Origin: a virus
Taxonomy: Duplodnaviria; Heunggongvirae; Uroviricota; Caudoviricetes
Direction: 5' to 3' (one strand)
IMG/VR virus record: IMGVR_UViG_3300009709_000001
Location: 189,336-253,335 of that record
Length of the DNA stretch: 64,000 nucleotides
Of the stretch, positions 8,199 through 18,550 are shown in pieces (the stretch's first letter is position 1; every line of letters begins with the position of its first letter). A program made the translations under genes and the position numbers. The notes beneath the pieces are model-generated. The model did no database searches, had not been told where the DNA came from, and saw nothing but the letters and a program-made list of their open reading frames with translations.

Positions 8199-9977
8199 TC
8201 AAGGCGCTTCGTCAGCAGTTTCAAAGGATGTAAAGCCACCTTCCTTAACAACCTTCAAAACATTAGATACTCGGCCAATAAGTTCATCACGGTGAGAAAT
8301 TAGATAAATGTTTCTCTTATTCTCTCTTGCCATTTTCTTAAGAATTGCAAGTGAAGATTCGACACCGCTCGAATCCAGCCCAGAGTCGATAAGTTCGTCG
8401 ATGAATAGCAAGTTGATTTTATCATTCATACTCTCATAAACGTCACGGAATGCCCAAGATAATGAAAGGATCAAACGAGTACGTTCGCCACGACTTAGGT
8501 TATCAAAGTCAAATTCCTTACCATATAGTGTAATTTCTACTTCCAGATCTGATTTGAATTTAACGGCATGCGGCAAACCAATATCAGAAAGGTAATGTGC
8601 AAGACGATGATTTAAGAATGTCAGATTCTGATCGATAATCTTTTTACGAATGAAACTATCTTTATTGGTAAGAAGTTTCGCTAGAAAGTCTTGGTGATCT
8701 CTTAGCTTCACCAATTCATTCATTCGTGTGAAATCAATCTCCTGAAGTCCATCTCTCTTAAGAGTTTCGATTTGTTCTAGATAAGGATTAATTGTTTCTA
8801 GCTCAGACGAAAGACTATTACCGAACGTATCTAATGTGGTTTTATGGTTATATGCTTCGTCGATCGTTGCATAATATGTTGCCGGCAACTTAGGAATCAT
8901 AGAGGATACGGACAGAGCTAGAGCTTTGACTTCGTCTCTCTTTGCGATCTTTTCTCTAAGTTTACCTTGTGAACTCAGATGCAGAGCAATATATTCATTA
9001 TGAACCTTATCGTGAGTTTCTTTGTCCATCTCTTGGTTACAAGTGGGACAAATCTTTTCGACGGAGGTTGACAAGATCCTATCGAGCTTAACGATTTCTT
9101 GACTGGATGATTGGACATCCTTTTCTAGAGTACCAAGTTCCTTAGAAAGGGAACGATACTCGGATGTTAAATCCTCGACTTCTTTCTTTGATTTATGAAG
9201 AGCAATTTCGTCATCGATGTTGAGTTCTAAGAGAGACATGATTGAGCTTTGTAGCTTATCTATTTTCTCTTTCTTCGACCTCTCCCACGCTTTTGACTTA
9301 GTGTCCATGCCTGCAATATTTGCCTCAATCCTTTTATTTGCTTCGTTGGCCGCCGAAATGCGGAACTCCTCTTCTTTAATCTCATCTCGTGTTACCTTTG
9401 CTTCTTCCTTAAGCTTTTCCGCTTTTTCGGACAGCTTTGTAATACCAAGCAATTGCTCGATAATTACACGCTGATCGTTTGTACGAAGTGCCAAGAAAGG
9501 TTCGACATAGGTATTCAGCGCAAGGATATGTTTGAACATATCATGTGACACACCAATGATTCTTTCGATTTCTTCTTGGGTATGTCTGTTTTCGCCTTGC
9601 GCTTCGTTATCATCCTTGGAATCTTTATCGTCATCAATGCCATTCTTGATGAATTTAAAAATACCGGGCTTTCTACCGCGTTCGATTTTATAGTTGACTC
9701 CATTAACTTCGAATGTTAAAGTCACCAATAGATGCTTCATATTCGATTTATTAATGAGATTGTCTTTCTTGATGTTGGTTAGAGCAGATCCGAAAAGTGC
9801 GTAACTCAGAGCATTCACAATTGTCGATTTACCGACACCGTTACGATTATCATTTCCGCCCAAGTCAAGATTTTCTCCTAGCACAAGTACCAAGTCATTG
9901 TTACTGAATGTGATAGATTGAGTAACGTTACCGATACTCATGAAATTCTTAATGGTTAGGGCATGTAGTTTCAGCAT
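8199..9977 (-). CDS. Recombination exonuclease ATPase subunit (T4 gp46 / SbcC / Rad50-like)
   Basis: KNFMSIGN, Walker A NGVGKS, CPTC zinc hook, LSRGE signature, Walker B LFIDE, ISH. Confidence 0.93.
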   Translation of the reverse strand: MLKLHALTIKNFMSIGNVTQSITFSNNDLVLVLGENLDLGGNDNRNGVGKSTIVNALSYALFGSALTNIKKDNLINKSNMKHLLVTLTFEVNGVNYKIERGRKPGIFKFIKNGIDDDKDSKDDNEAQGENRHTQEEIERIIGVSHDMFKHILALNTYVEPFLALRTNDQRVIIEQLLGITKLSEKAEKLKEEAKVTRDEIKEEEFRISAANEANKRIEANIAGMDTKSKAWERSKKEKIDKLQSSIMSLLELNIDDEIALHKSKKEVEDLTSEYRSLSKELGTLEKDVQSSSQEIVKLDRILSTSVEKICPTCNQEMDKETHDKVHNEYIALHLSSQGKLREKIAKRDEVKALALSVSSMIPKLPATYYATIDEAYNHKTTLDTFGNSLSSELETINPYLEQIETLKRDGLQEIDFTRMNELVKLRDHQDFLAKLLTNKDSFIRKKIIDQNLTFLNHRLAHYLSDIGLPHAVKFKSDLEVEITLYGKEFDFDNLSRGERTRLILSLSWAFRDVYESMNDKINLLFIDELIDSGLDSSGVESSLAILKKMARENKRNIYLISHRDELIGRVSNVLKVVKEGGFTSFETADEAP

Positions 9978-10990
9978 TATAGTCTGTTGTAGATCTCGAT
10001 TAGTTTTGTAGATTCGAAAGCATCGCTATCGATATTTGTAAGTTGTTCGATAACAATCTGGTCAACTGTCTTAAAGGTAATATCTTTAGAATAATCCTTT
10101 TCTAGCTCGTCTTCTTGATTTCTTACTAGTTTGAATTCACGAACACTATATTGGCCTAAGAAAGTTTCTCTTAGGAAAGTTGCTTCTTCGTATGTAATTT
10201 CTAGATCAAGTGTGACCTGTAGATAAGTTTTCGGCTTTAGATACAGATCTGGATTTGCGAGAAGTGCAGAAAGATTAATGCTGATGAAACGTGGTCCATC
10301 TGCCCAATCTAGATATTCTGGTTCCTTATCCCACTCTAATACCATTGCTCCACGTTCGAAATCCCACACATCAGAATAGTTGTGTCCGAAGGGATTACCG
10401 ATGTAATTGATCTTACCTTTAGTTTGACGTTTGTGGAAGTGCCCAGAAAAGACATAGTCTTGATGTGGAAAATGGTCAGCATTAAGAGCACCATGATCTG
10501 GCATTTCGACCATTGCATTCATTTTGAAACCCGGAAGTTCCAGGTGTCCGAATACATATTTTGTCTTAATTTCGGAAACATTTTTCCATTCGTCTTCTAC
10601 AAGCCAAGGAATGAGTGCAACATCGCCTTCTACTAAGACATTGTCAACAAGCTGGATATTTTCAAACTCAGACCCAACAACCATAGAGTGGACTTCACGT
10701 TTTTCGCGATAGAAAAGATCGTGATTGCCGACCATAATGTAGACTTTCTTGAATGCAGCATTAAGTTTTCTTAATGCATGCATGGTATAGTCCAGTGTTA
10801 GAATGTTGATGTTAGACCTATGGTGATGCCAATCACCAAGGAACATGCAAGTTTCGATGTTTCTCTTTTTTGCTTCGTCGATCATCCAGTCGATAAATTC
10901 GACACAATCCTTGTTGTGTTCAGCGGAATTGTGTCGAAGACCAAAGTGAATATCTGAGAAGCAAATTACCTTATCAAATAAATTACTCAT
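9977..10990 (-). CDS. Recombination endonuclease subunit (T4 gp47 / SbcD / Mre11-like)
   Basis: SDIHFG, LGDWHH, VGNHD, GHLE, SGHFH metallophosphoesterase motifs; start set at ATG 10990. Confidence 0.92.
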   Translation of the reverse strand: MSNLFDKVICFSDIHFGLRHNSAEHNKDCVEFIDWMIDEAKKRNIETCMFLGDWHHHRSNINILTLDYTMHALRKLNAAFKKVYIMVGNHDLFYREKREVHSMVVGSEFENIQLVDNVLVEGDVALIPWLVEDEWKNVSEIKTKYVFGHLELPGFKMNAMVEMPDHGALNADHFPHQDYVFSGHFHKRQTKGKINYIGNPFGHNYSDVWDFERGAMVLEWDKEPEYLDWADGPRFISINLSALLANPDLYLKPKTYLQVTLDLEITYEEATFLRETFLGQYSVREFKLVRNQEDELEKDYSKDITFKTVDQIVIEQLTNIDSDAFESTKLIEIYNRL

Positions 10991-11930
10991 CGCGGGCAGC
11001 ATCCTGTGCATCTTCACGAAGCATTCTAATTTCATTTTCACGAGCAAGTTGTCTCGAGAAGCTCGGGCTTGCACCTTGTTCGATAAGCAAGTCGTCGCGA
11101 AGAACTTGTGTCTTCTTTTCTTGATTCAGAACTCTTGTGAAACTGTTCTGCAAAGACATGGTGTAATACGAGAATGGATTATCGCTTCGCATTTCATCGA
11201 ATTGCAATCCCATCTGTGCGAGTTGAAGTAGTGCCTGACCTTTCATTTCGTCGAGATATGTATATCCACGCCAGTTACCACGTTGTGCATACTTGTTCAC
11301 CATAAGGATAAACATCGTTGCCAGTTTGTGTGAAATAGATCCATGTTCTTGACTGAACGTTCCTTTCTTGGAATGAGAGCGACCCACTTCCTTTGCAACT
11401 CCGGATTCGATAATGAAGTGCTTGAATGGATCGAAGTTAAGTTTCACATATCTATCAGCTTCAGATTTTGGATTTTTCTTACGACCTGGCGCTAATGGAA
11501 TATGTTCGAAAGTCATTACTCTGAAAACTAAATCATCTACAGAAATTGTTTCTGGCTTGACTTTGTGTTCTGCAAGTTTAGGCTTATCCTTAGGTCCTGC
11601 AGCCGCAACTGCTGCTTCGAATGCTTGTGCTGCCATTCTTGCTGCACGAGCTGCTTTGGCCTTCTCCTGCACATCTAATGAAAAGATTTCAAACGTGTTC
11701 GTGACAATTACATCGTAGTCCATGTATTTCGGATCAGTGAATTCACTGAAGGAATTTTTGCTGCGATGAATTTCTTTAAGCATGTCCTTGTTGTTTAGAT
11801 AATTAACTTTCTTGACGGGAGCGATAACAACAGGTTCATCCACCTCGTCGTCTTCGTCTTCCTCGATTGAATTTTCCAATTCAGCATCGAAGTCGTCTTT
11901 GTTATCATCGTTGTCTAGTATGTTGTTCAT
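10983..11930 (-). CDS. Late-transcription sigma factor (T4 gp55-like)
   Basis: NYLNNKDML, NWRGYTYLDEM, FDEMRSDNPFSYYT; gp55-gp47-gp46 gene order. Confidence 0.82.
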   Translation of the reverse strand: MNNILDNDDNKDDFDAELENSIEEDEDDEVDEPVVIAPVKKVNYLNNKDMLKEIHRSKNSFSEFTDPKYMDYDVIVTNTFEIFSLDVQEKAKAARAARMAAQAFEAAVAAAGPKDKPKLAEHKVKPETISVDDLVFRVMTFEHIPLAPGRKKNPKSEADRYVKLNFDPFKHFIIESGVAKEVGRSHSKKGTFSQEHGSISHKLATMFILMVNKYAQRGNWRGYTYLDEMKGQALLQLAQMGLQFDEMRSDNPFSYYTMSLQNSFTRVLNQEKKTQVLRDDLLIEQGASPSFSRQLARENEIRMLREDAQDAARDE

Positions 11931-11955
11931 TGAAATCCTCAGAAATATTTTCGTT

Positions 11956-11984
11956 AGTATAATTGTGTTTCAAGTGAAAGTCAA
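11956..11984 (-). promoter_or_regulatory. Sigma70-type promoter for the gp55/47/46 operon
   Basis: TTGACT-N17-TATACT. Confidence 0.75.
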
Positions 11985-12017
11985 GAATTTCTTGATTAAA
12001 ACGTCGGTTTATGACCT

Positions 12018-12026
12018 TGATAAATA
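12018..12026 (+). promoter_or_regulatory. Late promoter TGATAAATA for the baseplate operon
   Basis: Recurring motif before an AGGAG SD. Confidence 0.7.
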
Positions 12027-12048
12027 AGCAAAGTTAGGAGAAACAGAG

Positions 12049-12759
12049 ATGCCACAACAAGACTATCGTGCCAGGCTCCAGCCAAAATCACTTTATAGCG
12101 GAACGGAGACAGTCGGGGGAACCTCGGTACCTACCAACGATATTTTAGGCCCACGCCATGCAAGTAATATTCTTTACCCGCTATGGTCGACAAGAGGCGT
12201 TCTTTTTCCTTATACTCCAGCAATCACGGCTGGTAGCGTAGCCGATTACGATCTGTCATCGTTTATTCATACCAACTATGGATATAACGCATATATCAAG
12301 TCGTATCCTAAACCTATTAGTATGACTGCTGAGTTTACCGCTCAGACAAACGATGAAGCTCTATATTTATTGTCGGTAATTCACTTCTTTCGTAGCGTAA
12401 CGAAATCATATTTTGGTATTACGCCGTATGAAAAAGCTGGTACTCCGCCTCCGGTTCTATACTTTAGCTACCTCGGTGAATATCAGTATAACAACGTTCC
12501 GGTACTAATTAAGAGTTTTGACTTTACCTATGATGCTAACATCGACTATGTTCCAGTTTACACCGGATCAAATGCAGGATATTCTGCAAACATCGGAGTT
12601 TCTCTTCCAAATGGAAACAGTGGTGGTTACACATATGTTCCGACGCATTTAACCGTTTCTATTGAAATGGATACGCAGTATATTCCGATTAAACTTAGAA
12701 ATGAGTTTAACCTCGACGAATTTAGAATGGGTAAACTGGTCAATAAGGGATACATCTAA
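12049..12759 (+). CDS. Baseplate/tail-tube initiator-like protein (gp48/gp54-type)
   Basis: FPYTP, ISMTAEFT, PPPVLYFSYLGEYQYNNVPVLIKSF; position in module. Confidence 0.6.
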   Translation: MPQQDYRARLQPKSLYSGTETVGGTSVPTNDILGPRHASNILYPLWSTRGVLFPYTPAITAGSVADYDLSSFIHTNYGYNAYIKSYPKPISMTAEFTAQTNDEALYLLSVIHFFRSVTKSYFGITPYEKAGTPPPVLYFSYLGEYQYNNVPVLIKSFDFTYDANIDYVPVYTGSNAGYSANIGVSLPNGNSGGYTYVPTHLTVSIEMDTQYIPIKLRNEFNLDEFRMGKLVNKGYI

Positions 12760-13046
12760 TGGCACAGAATTCAAAAGACACAAGTCAGTATCTATCAACA
12801 CCGATTAAGGATTGGTATCTTGACCTTTGGGTTCCACGCTCTGTTCCCAAGAGTGATTTTGACAAGATTGTTGTTATTCCTCCAGCATACGATCAGCGTC
12901 CAGATCTAATGAGCCAAGCCGAATATGGCACTCCCCGCCTGTGGTGGGTTTTCTGTATTAGGAATCCAGATTTGATCAATGATCCAATTCAGGATTTTGT
13001 TGCAGGATTAGAAATTTTCGTTCCAGCAAACATTCTAAAGAAATAA
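12759..13046 (+). CDS. Baseplate wedge protein, gp53/LysM-like
   Basis: YDQRPDLMSQAEYGTPRLWWVF..RNPD. Confidence 0.75.
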   Translation: MAQNSKDTSQYLSTPIKDWYLDLWVPRSVPKSDFDKIVVIPPAYDQRPDLMSQAEYGTPRLWWVFCIRNPDLINDPIQDFVAGLEIFVPANILKK

Positions 13047-13047
13047 T

Positions 13048-15714
13048 ATGTCCGCAAAAGATTTTATGTCGTCGACGAGTTCGTCGCTACCGTCATCGTT
13101 GCTCTCTGGTACGTCGTTTAACGATGTAGTCGCCGGCAAAACTGTCGATAAGGTAAAAGAATATCTAAATCCAGCAGGTGTTAGTCCAACCACAACATCC
13201 GGTATTCCTAAATTCGAAAAGATTGATCAATCTCCCTATTCGCACGAAGGAAATAACTATCCTAATGTTTCTGCACAATCATTTGAAACTGTTAATTTGA
13301 ATCTACAGTTTCAACCAAATGTCCTTGACAATTTTGATACTGTAACCTATCACTTTAAACTTTTCATTACCGATCCAGAGTCATCAAGCACTGGTCAAAT
13401 TTTCGATCCAGATAATCAGACAATCATTGCCGAATCTGGTGTTTCGGATTTAACAATCGATAAAGTAGAAGTTCGAAGCATTGCCACACCGACAGTAGAA
13501 ATTGGCACAGGAACTTCGACGCATGTAAAATTTGAAATTACCGAACCATCTGGTGCTGGTCTAATTGATAAACTATTCTATCAATCCGTGGCACTCGGTA
13601 TCGGAAACTGGGCAGTCATGCCAGTCTATCTACAATTACAATTCCGAGCACGTGATCCCGATACAGCATCGACTATTAATGGATCGCCCGGTTCGTTAGC
13701 TAGCCTAAAATGGATTTGGAGATTAAAACTTACCGATATCAAGGCCAACGTAACCACTGTTGGAACGAGATACGAATTTGATGCAATCATCTATAGCGAA
13801 TTTGCACAATCCAACGCTCTCTTTACCTTGCAACATAACACCACATTGAATAATTTGAAAACATTCGGTGATGCAATGAAGGATCTGCAAGATAAACTTA
13901 ATGCCGACCAATTAATCAAACTTCTCAGCAATTATAGCGTTCCAGATTCATTCAAGATCGTCGTAGATCCGAAAATTATTGGTTATCAGATTACTCCACC
14001 GGAGGCTAATACCAATTCACGAAGAGGAGACAACTTTGTCGAATTTGGTGATAAAGATGCATCCTTTAGTTCTGGCACGGCCATTAATAACGTTATCGAT
14101 TCTTTGTTATCGAATACCAATGAATACCAGGAGGCAATGAAGAAGTCCACGACGCCTGGTGCCGACGGAGTTCCAATGACTCAAGAAGGTAATCAGATGA
14201 AGAAAATTTGGAGAGTTATTACAGAAACTCGTCCATTGACTTTTGATCCTAGAAGACAGACCATTGCTAATGAATTTACGATCTATGTTGTTGATTATGA
14301 CATTGGTATTCTCGATCAGAACGTATTTCAAACTTCTGCCCCACCGCTAACACTCGAAGCAGAGCGTCAGCGCCTAATGACCTATGTTCAAAGATCTATT
14401 CTAAAGAAGAAATATAATTATATCTTCACAGGATTGAATGATCAGATTTTGAATTTCGATGTAACTATTAATGCCGGATATGCAGCCGCAATGTCACGCT
14501 TCAACGGCATCTACCTAAATCCTGTAATGTCTGATAAAGGTGTAGTAAATCAAGACCGCGCAAAGCAGGAAATCGAAGTTACAGAAAAAGTTACAAAAGC
14601 AATCGGACTTCAGAATAACGCGAAGAGTACAAATGCAGCCGATGCCCAAGCTGCTATGGAAGATGCAAAGAACGCAATTGCAGCCGCCGATATTTCGGAT
14701 GATCTAAAATCTCGTTATACCGTATTACTTGAAAAATCTAAGCCAGAAAGCAGAATGAACTTTCTCGAAGATGTACGCCAAGCTGGTGGTTTGAACAATG
14801 ACGGTAAATTAAATAGTTCCCGAGCTGACGCTCAGAACCTTGCTAAACCAGTAACTGAAAAAATTTCGAATAAGCAATATAGTTTCATTTCTGATGTTGA
14901 TCCGCAATCTAAGGCATCGAAAAATGCTTACACCAGATATGTCGAAGATACAAAAGGCAAGCTTCGTCCTATTGCAAGAATTGAAACAATGCAAGATCGT
15001 CAGATTGGTATGGGTGTTGAATCTAACAGTAATCCGGGACTGCAGAAAATTTCGTCACTCTTTTCGCAAGCACTTCATAGCGGACTTGATAGTTCATTCC
15101 AGAGAATGCGAATGACAATTAAAGGCGATCCATTCTGGTTGTTTCCACAACCTATTACTGACAACGATAGGCAATCATACAGCATTTTCAAACCAGCCGA
15201 CGAAGCAATTGATTATATCAAAAGGGCACACTTCAAGGCAACTGATTCGGTAAACATATACGGAACTGATAACTTTATTCTTGTTAGATTTAGAACACCG
15301 AGAATTTATAATCTCGATGATAATGATAACAATAATGATCCGAACACCGATGTCGAAACATTTAGCGGTGTTTATAAAGTAATCGAAATTACAAGTAGAT
15401 TTGAAATGGGTAAATTTACTCAGGAATTATTATGCAACCTTGATCCCGAAATCAGAATATTGAATTTCATCGATCAAATTGAAGCAGATGCAAGGAAACA
15501 AGATATTCCTACAAAACCGGGTGATCTAGTTGCTGAAAGACTTCCTATCCCAGAGACTGCAAAATCCAAGGATAGAATTATGGGTGCAACTGAAACTAAA
15601 CTTGAACAATTGGCATCAAGTACCGCAGGACAGATAAATTCTGCAGTTTCAAATATTCCGACTGTAATTCCGAGTACATTACCGCAATATAAGAATCTAT
15701 TCAAACAAGGGTAA
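13048..15714 (+). CDS. Baseplate hub protein (gp27-like)
   Basis: MTIKGDPFWL, FSGVYKVIEITSRFEMGKFTQEL; lies between gp53-like and gp5-like genes. Confidence 0.6.
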   Translation: MSAKDFMSSTSSSLPSSLLSGTSFNDVVAGKTVDKVKEYLNPAGVSPTTTSGIPKFEKIDQSPYSHEGNNYPNVSAQSFETVNLNLQFQPNVLDNFDTVTYHFKLFITDPESSSTGQIFDPDNQTIIAESGVSDLTIDKVEVRSIATPTVEIGTGTSTHVKFEITEPSGAGLIDKLFYQSVALGIGNWAVMPVYLQLQFRARDPDTASTINGSPGSLASLKWIWRLKLTDIKANVTTVGTRYEFDAIIYSEFAQSNALFTLQHNTTLNNLKTFGDAMKDLQDKLNADQLIKLLSNYSVPDSFKIVVDPKIIGYQITPPEANTNSRRGDNFVEFGDKDASFSSGTAINNVIDSLLSNTNEYQEAMKKSTTPGADGVPMTQEGNQMKKIWRVITETRPLTFDPRRQTIANEFTIYVVDYDIGILDQNVFQTSAPPLTLEAERQRLMTYVQRSILKKKYNYIFTGLNDQILNFDVTINAGYAAAMSRFNGIYLNPVMSDKGVVNQDRAKQEIEVTEKVTKAIGLQNNAKSTNAADAQAAMEDAKNAIAAADISDDLKSRYTVLLEKSKPESRMNFLEDVRQAGGLNNDGKLNSSRADAQNLAKPVTEKISNKQYSFISDVDPQSKASKNAYTRYVEDTKGKLRPIARIETMQDRQIGMGVESNSNPGLQKISSLFSQALHSGLDSSFQRMRMTIKGDPFWLFPQPITDNDRQSYSIFKPADEAIDYIKRAHFKATDSVNIYGTDNFILVRFRTPRIYNLDDNDNNNDPNTDVETFSGVYKVIEITSRFEMGKFTQELLCNLDPEIRILNFIDQIEADARKQDIPTKPGDLVAERLPIPETAKSKDRIMGATETKLEQLASSTAGQINSAVSNIPTVIPSTLPQYKNLFKQG

Positions 15715-15717
15715 TCT

Positions 15718-18084
15718 ATGGCGTATCTAAATACGAATGCAAGAACAACAAAGCCGACAACAAATGAAAGTTTTCAACCGTTGGGTCGCATGTCGGCTTT
15801 GTTCGGTGTGTTTGTTGGTTTTGTAAAACGAGCAGAAGACGTACAAAGAAATGGTCGTCTACAAGTCTGGATACCGGAATTTGGTTCTGCACCAGAAGAA
15901 GAACAGGGTTGGATCACCGTAAACTATTGTTCACCATTCGCTGGCGCAACAAATGTAGAAACAATTAGTAAGACCGATATTGAATCTTTCGATAAAACAC
16001 AAACCTCCTATGGTATGTGGTTTGTCCCGCCGGACATTAACAATCAGGTATTGGTAATGTTTGTCGGTGGCGACTCGAACCGCGGTATTTGGATTGGCTC
16101 ACTTTATAACCAGTTTATGAATAACATGGTTCCGGGTATGGCCGCCGATGCAAAGAATCATCAGTATCCTGGCAAGCAAATTCCTGTCGCCGAATATAAC
16201 AAATGGGATACCAAGGTAACTCAGCCGGATCGTGCATTCCACCCATATGAAGAAACAAAATTCAAAGGTGTAGGCAATCAGGGTTTGATTACCGATCAAG
16301 GTCGCGGCGTAACTAATTCAAGTGCCCGTCGTGAAGCACCATCCAAAGTGTTTGGTATTCTTACACCGGGTCCAGCAATTGACGATACAGTCAGTGCTCA
16401 GAATATCCGTAGAAAAGGTGGTTCATCGTTTATTATGGATGACGGCACCGGTTCTGAATATGTTCAGCTTGCAACAAAGACTGGTGCACAAATCAAAATT
16501 GACGAAACAAATGGTTACGTGTATGTAATCAATCGCGACGGCACTTCTTGGATTCAAATGGACCAGAAAGGCCATATTGATATTTTCAGTCAATTTGATG
16601 TATCTATTCGTGCAATGAGAGATTTGAATTTCAGAGCAGATAGAAACATTAATATGGAAGCTGGACAAAACGTTTTCATTGCTGCCGCCAAAGATACGAA
16701 ACTTAATGGTTCGAAAGATATCGTTTATGATATCAATAACGTTCCTAAGAAGTTTGATGTTCCTTGGTATCAGAAAACTGAACGTGGTGCAGGTGAAGGT
16801 GGAAATATTGTATTCGAAGCACAATGGGATATGCATTCGACTGTTGTGCAGAACAATCTATATGTCACCACAAAAGCCGGTAAGCAAGAATACAATTCGA
16901 AAAAGAATATTGATATCTTTACCGACGACAATTACAATCTGAAAGTCACAAATAATATCAATATCAACGCCGGTCAAAATATTAGTGAGAAGACTCCTAA
17001 TATCAAAATCGAAGCAACATCATCTTATGGCTTGAAGTCGCCTACAATTACCAACGAAGGTGCGGTAAAAATTAAGGGTACACTCGATGTTACAGGAAAC
17101 ACAGGCCTTGGCGGAACATTGGGTGTTACCGGTACGACTACCGGTGCTAACGCTAACTTCAATACTATTCGTGGATTCTTCCCACAAATCAACAATGGTT
17201 CGGGTCCTAACCCAGGTTCCAATTCTGGAGGATTCTCTCCGCCGTCTGTAAACAGCCCGAACACTCCTACAGATCCGGTAACTTCTGCACTTGCCGAAAT
17301 TAAAGCATTGACTGATGCTGGTGATATTTTGCCACCTATCAAGTCACCATATTTCAAGCGCGGAATGCAATCGTGGCCTACTATTGTTACTCGTTGGCCG
17401 ACCTATGAGCCGTGCCCATTGCACGAACAATTCAAGTTTAGTTCAACAACTGGTTATACACCAAAACTAAACGAAGGCGATAAGACTTATAACGGATCGG
17501 GCGGTGCAGGTAACGGTGCAACTACATCTCCGCCACCAAATACGACCCCTGGTGCAGATAACAAGGTATTACCGCCACCAGATACACAAGACAGTATCGT
17601 TGCAAAAGATCTGAACTTGAAGGCACTTGAATGTCAACTTAAAATTCACGAAGGTGTAAGATACAATGTTTATCTTGACTCTCTCGGATTACCAACAGCT
17701 GGTATCGGGCACCTACTTCGTTCGAATGAGCAACAACCAGTTGGCACACCTATTTCTGAAGATCAAGTTACTCGTTGGTTCCAATCTGACTCGTCGACTT
17801 GCATTAAGGATGCACAGAACTTTGTCGGTATGGATACATGGTCCGATCTCGATGATAACAGAAAACGCGCTCTTTCTGACCTTGCGTATAACATGGGCGG
17901 AGCACGTCTTGGTAAGTTTACTACTTTCCGAACAGCGATGCAGAGAAAAGATTTTACCGCTGCAGGCGAAGCACTCAAGAATTCAAAATGGTTCACGCAA
18001 GTCGGTAGACGCGGTCCTGCAATCGTATCGCAAATTGTAAATGGTGTTGATCCTAACGGTTGCGATAAGAAATTTCCACCGTGA
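15718..18084 (+). CDS. Central spike (gp5/VgrG-like) with C-terminal lysozyme domain
   Basis: OB-fold GRLQVWIP/GMWFVPPD..NQVLVMF, beta-helix repeats, Pro/Gly linker, LKIHEGVRYNVYLDSLGLPTAGIGH...SKWFTQVGRR. Confidence 0.85.
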   Translation: MAYLNTNARTTKPTTNESFQPLGRMSALFGVFVGFVKRAEDVQRNGRLQVWIPEFGSAPEEEQGWITVNYCSPFAGATNVETISKTDIESFDKTQTSYGMWFVPPDINNQVLVMFVGGDSNRGIWIGSLYNQFMNNMVPGMAADAKNHQYPGKQIPVAEYNKWDTKVTQPDRAFHPYEETKFKGVGNQGLITDQGRGVTNSSARREAPSKVFGILTPGPAIDDTVSAQNIRRKGGSSFIMDDGTGSEYVQLATKTGAQIKIDETNGYVYVINRDGTSWIQMDQKGHIDIFSQFDVSIRAMRDLNFRADRNINMEAGQNVFIAAAKDTKLNGSKDIVYDINNVPKKFDVPWYQKTERGAGEGGNIVFEAQWDMHSTVVQNNLYVTTKAGKQEYNSKKNIDIFTDDNYNLKVTNNININAGQNISEKTPNIKIEATSSYGLKSPTITNEGAVKIKGTLDVTGNTGLGGTLGVTGTTTGANANFNTIRGFFPQINNGSGPNPGSNSGGFSPPSVNSPNTPTDPVTSALAEIKALTDAGDILPPIKSPYFKRGMQSWPTIVTRWPTYEPCPLHEQFKFSSTTGYTPKLNEGDKTYNGSGGAGNGATTSPPPNTTPGADNKVLPPPDTQDSIVAKDLNLKALECQLKIHEGVRYNVYLDSLGLPTAGIGHLLRSNEQQPVGTPISEDQVTRWFQSDSSTCIKDAQNFVGMDTWSDLDDNRKRALSDLAYNMGGARLGKFTTFRTAMQRKDFTAAGEALKNSKWFTQVGRRGPAIVSQIVNGVDPNGCDKKFPP

Positions 18085-18105
18085 TAAGTAGCCATATAAT
18101 TTCCT

Positions 18106-18114
18106 TGATAAATA
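18106..18114 (+). promoter_or_regulatory. Late promoter TGATAAATA
   Basis: Recurring motif upstream of the gp25-like gene. Confidence 0.65.
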
Positions 18115-18130
18115 TGAAAAAGGGGATTAT

Positions 18131-18550
18131 ATGGCAAACCAATCTAAAGGATATGTCCAGCAACAAAGAGTAACAAGAAAGCCTTACTTCGTAGGCTTCA
18201 ATACCGTTGACCAGCCAAATCCTCCATACTCCTTGACAAATGTCGATATTGTCAAGAGAGATATTTTAAATCAATTCGCAACACCTCTTGGTGCCAGAGT
18301 TATGTTACCTGGATTTGGCACCAATATCTACAATTATCTTTTTGATCCGTTCGACGAATATACGAAAAATGCAATTATCGAAGATGCAGTTCGTGTTGTC
18401 GGGGACGATTCTCGAGTAGAACTCGTTTCGGTCGATGTATATCAAGAAGAACAAGCATTGAACGTTATCATGGTTCTGTTATTCAAACCCGAATCTGTAA
18501 CTGATAACTTGTTTGTAACCTTTTCACTTAAAGATCGAGAAACATTCTAA
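18131..18550 (+). CDS. Baseplate wedge protein gp25-like
   Basis: DILNQFATPLGARVMLPGFGTNIYNYLFDP, DSRV. Confidence 0.85.
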   Translation: MANQSKGYVQQQRVTRKPYFVGFNTVDQPNPPYSLTNVDIVKRDILNQFATPLGARVMLPGFGTNIYNYLFDPFDEYTKNAIIEDAVRVVGDDSRVELVSVDVYQEEQALNVIMVLLFKPESVTDNLFVTFSLKDRETF

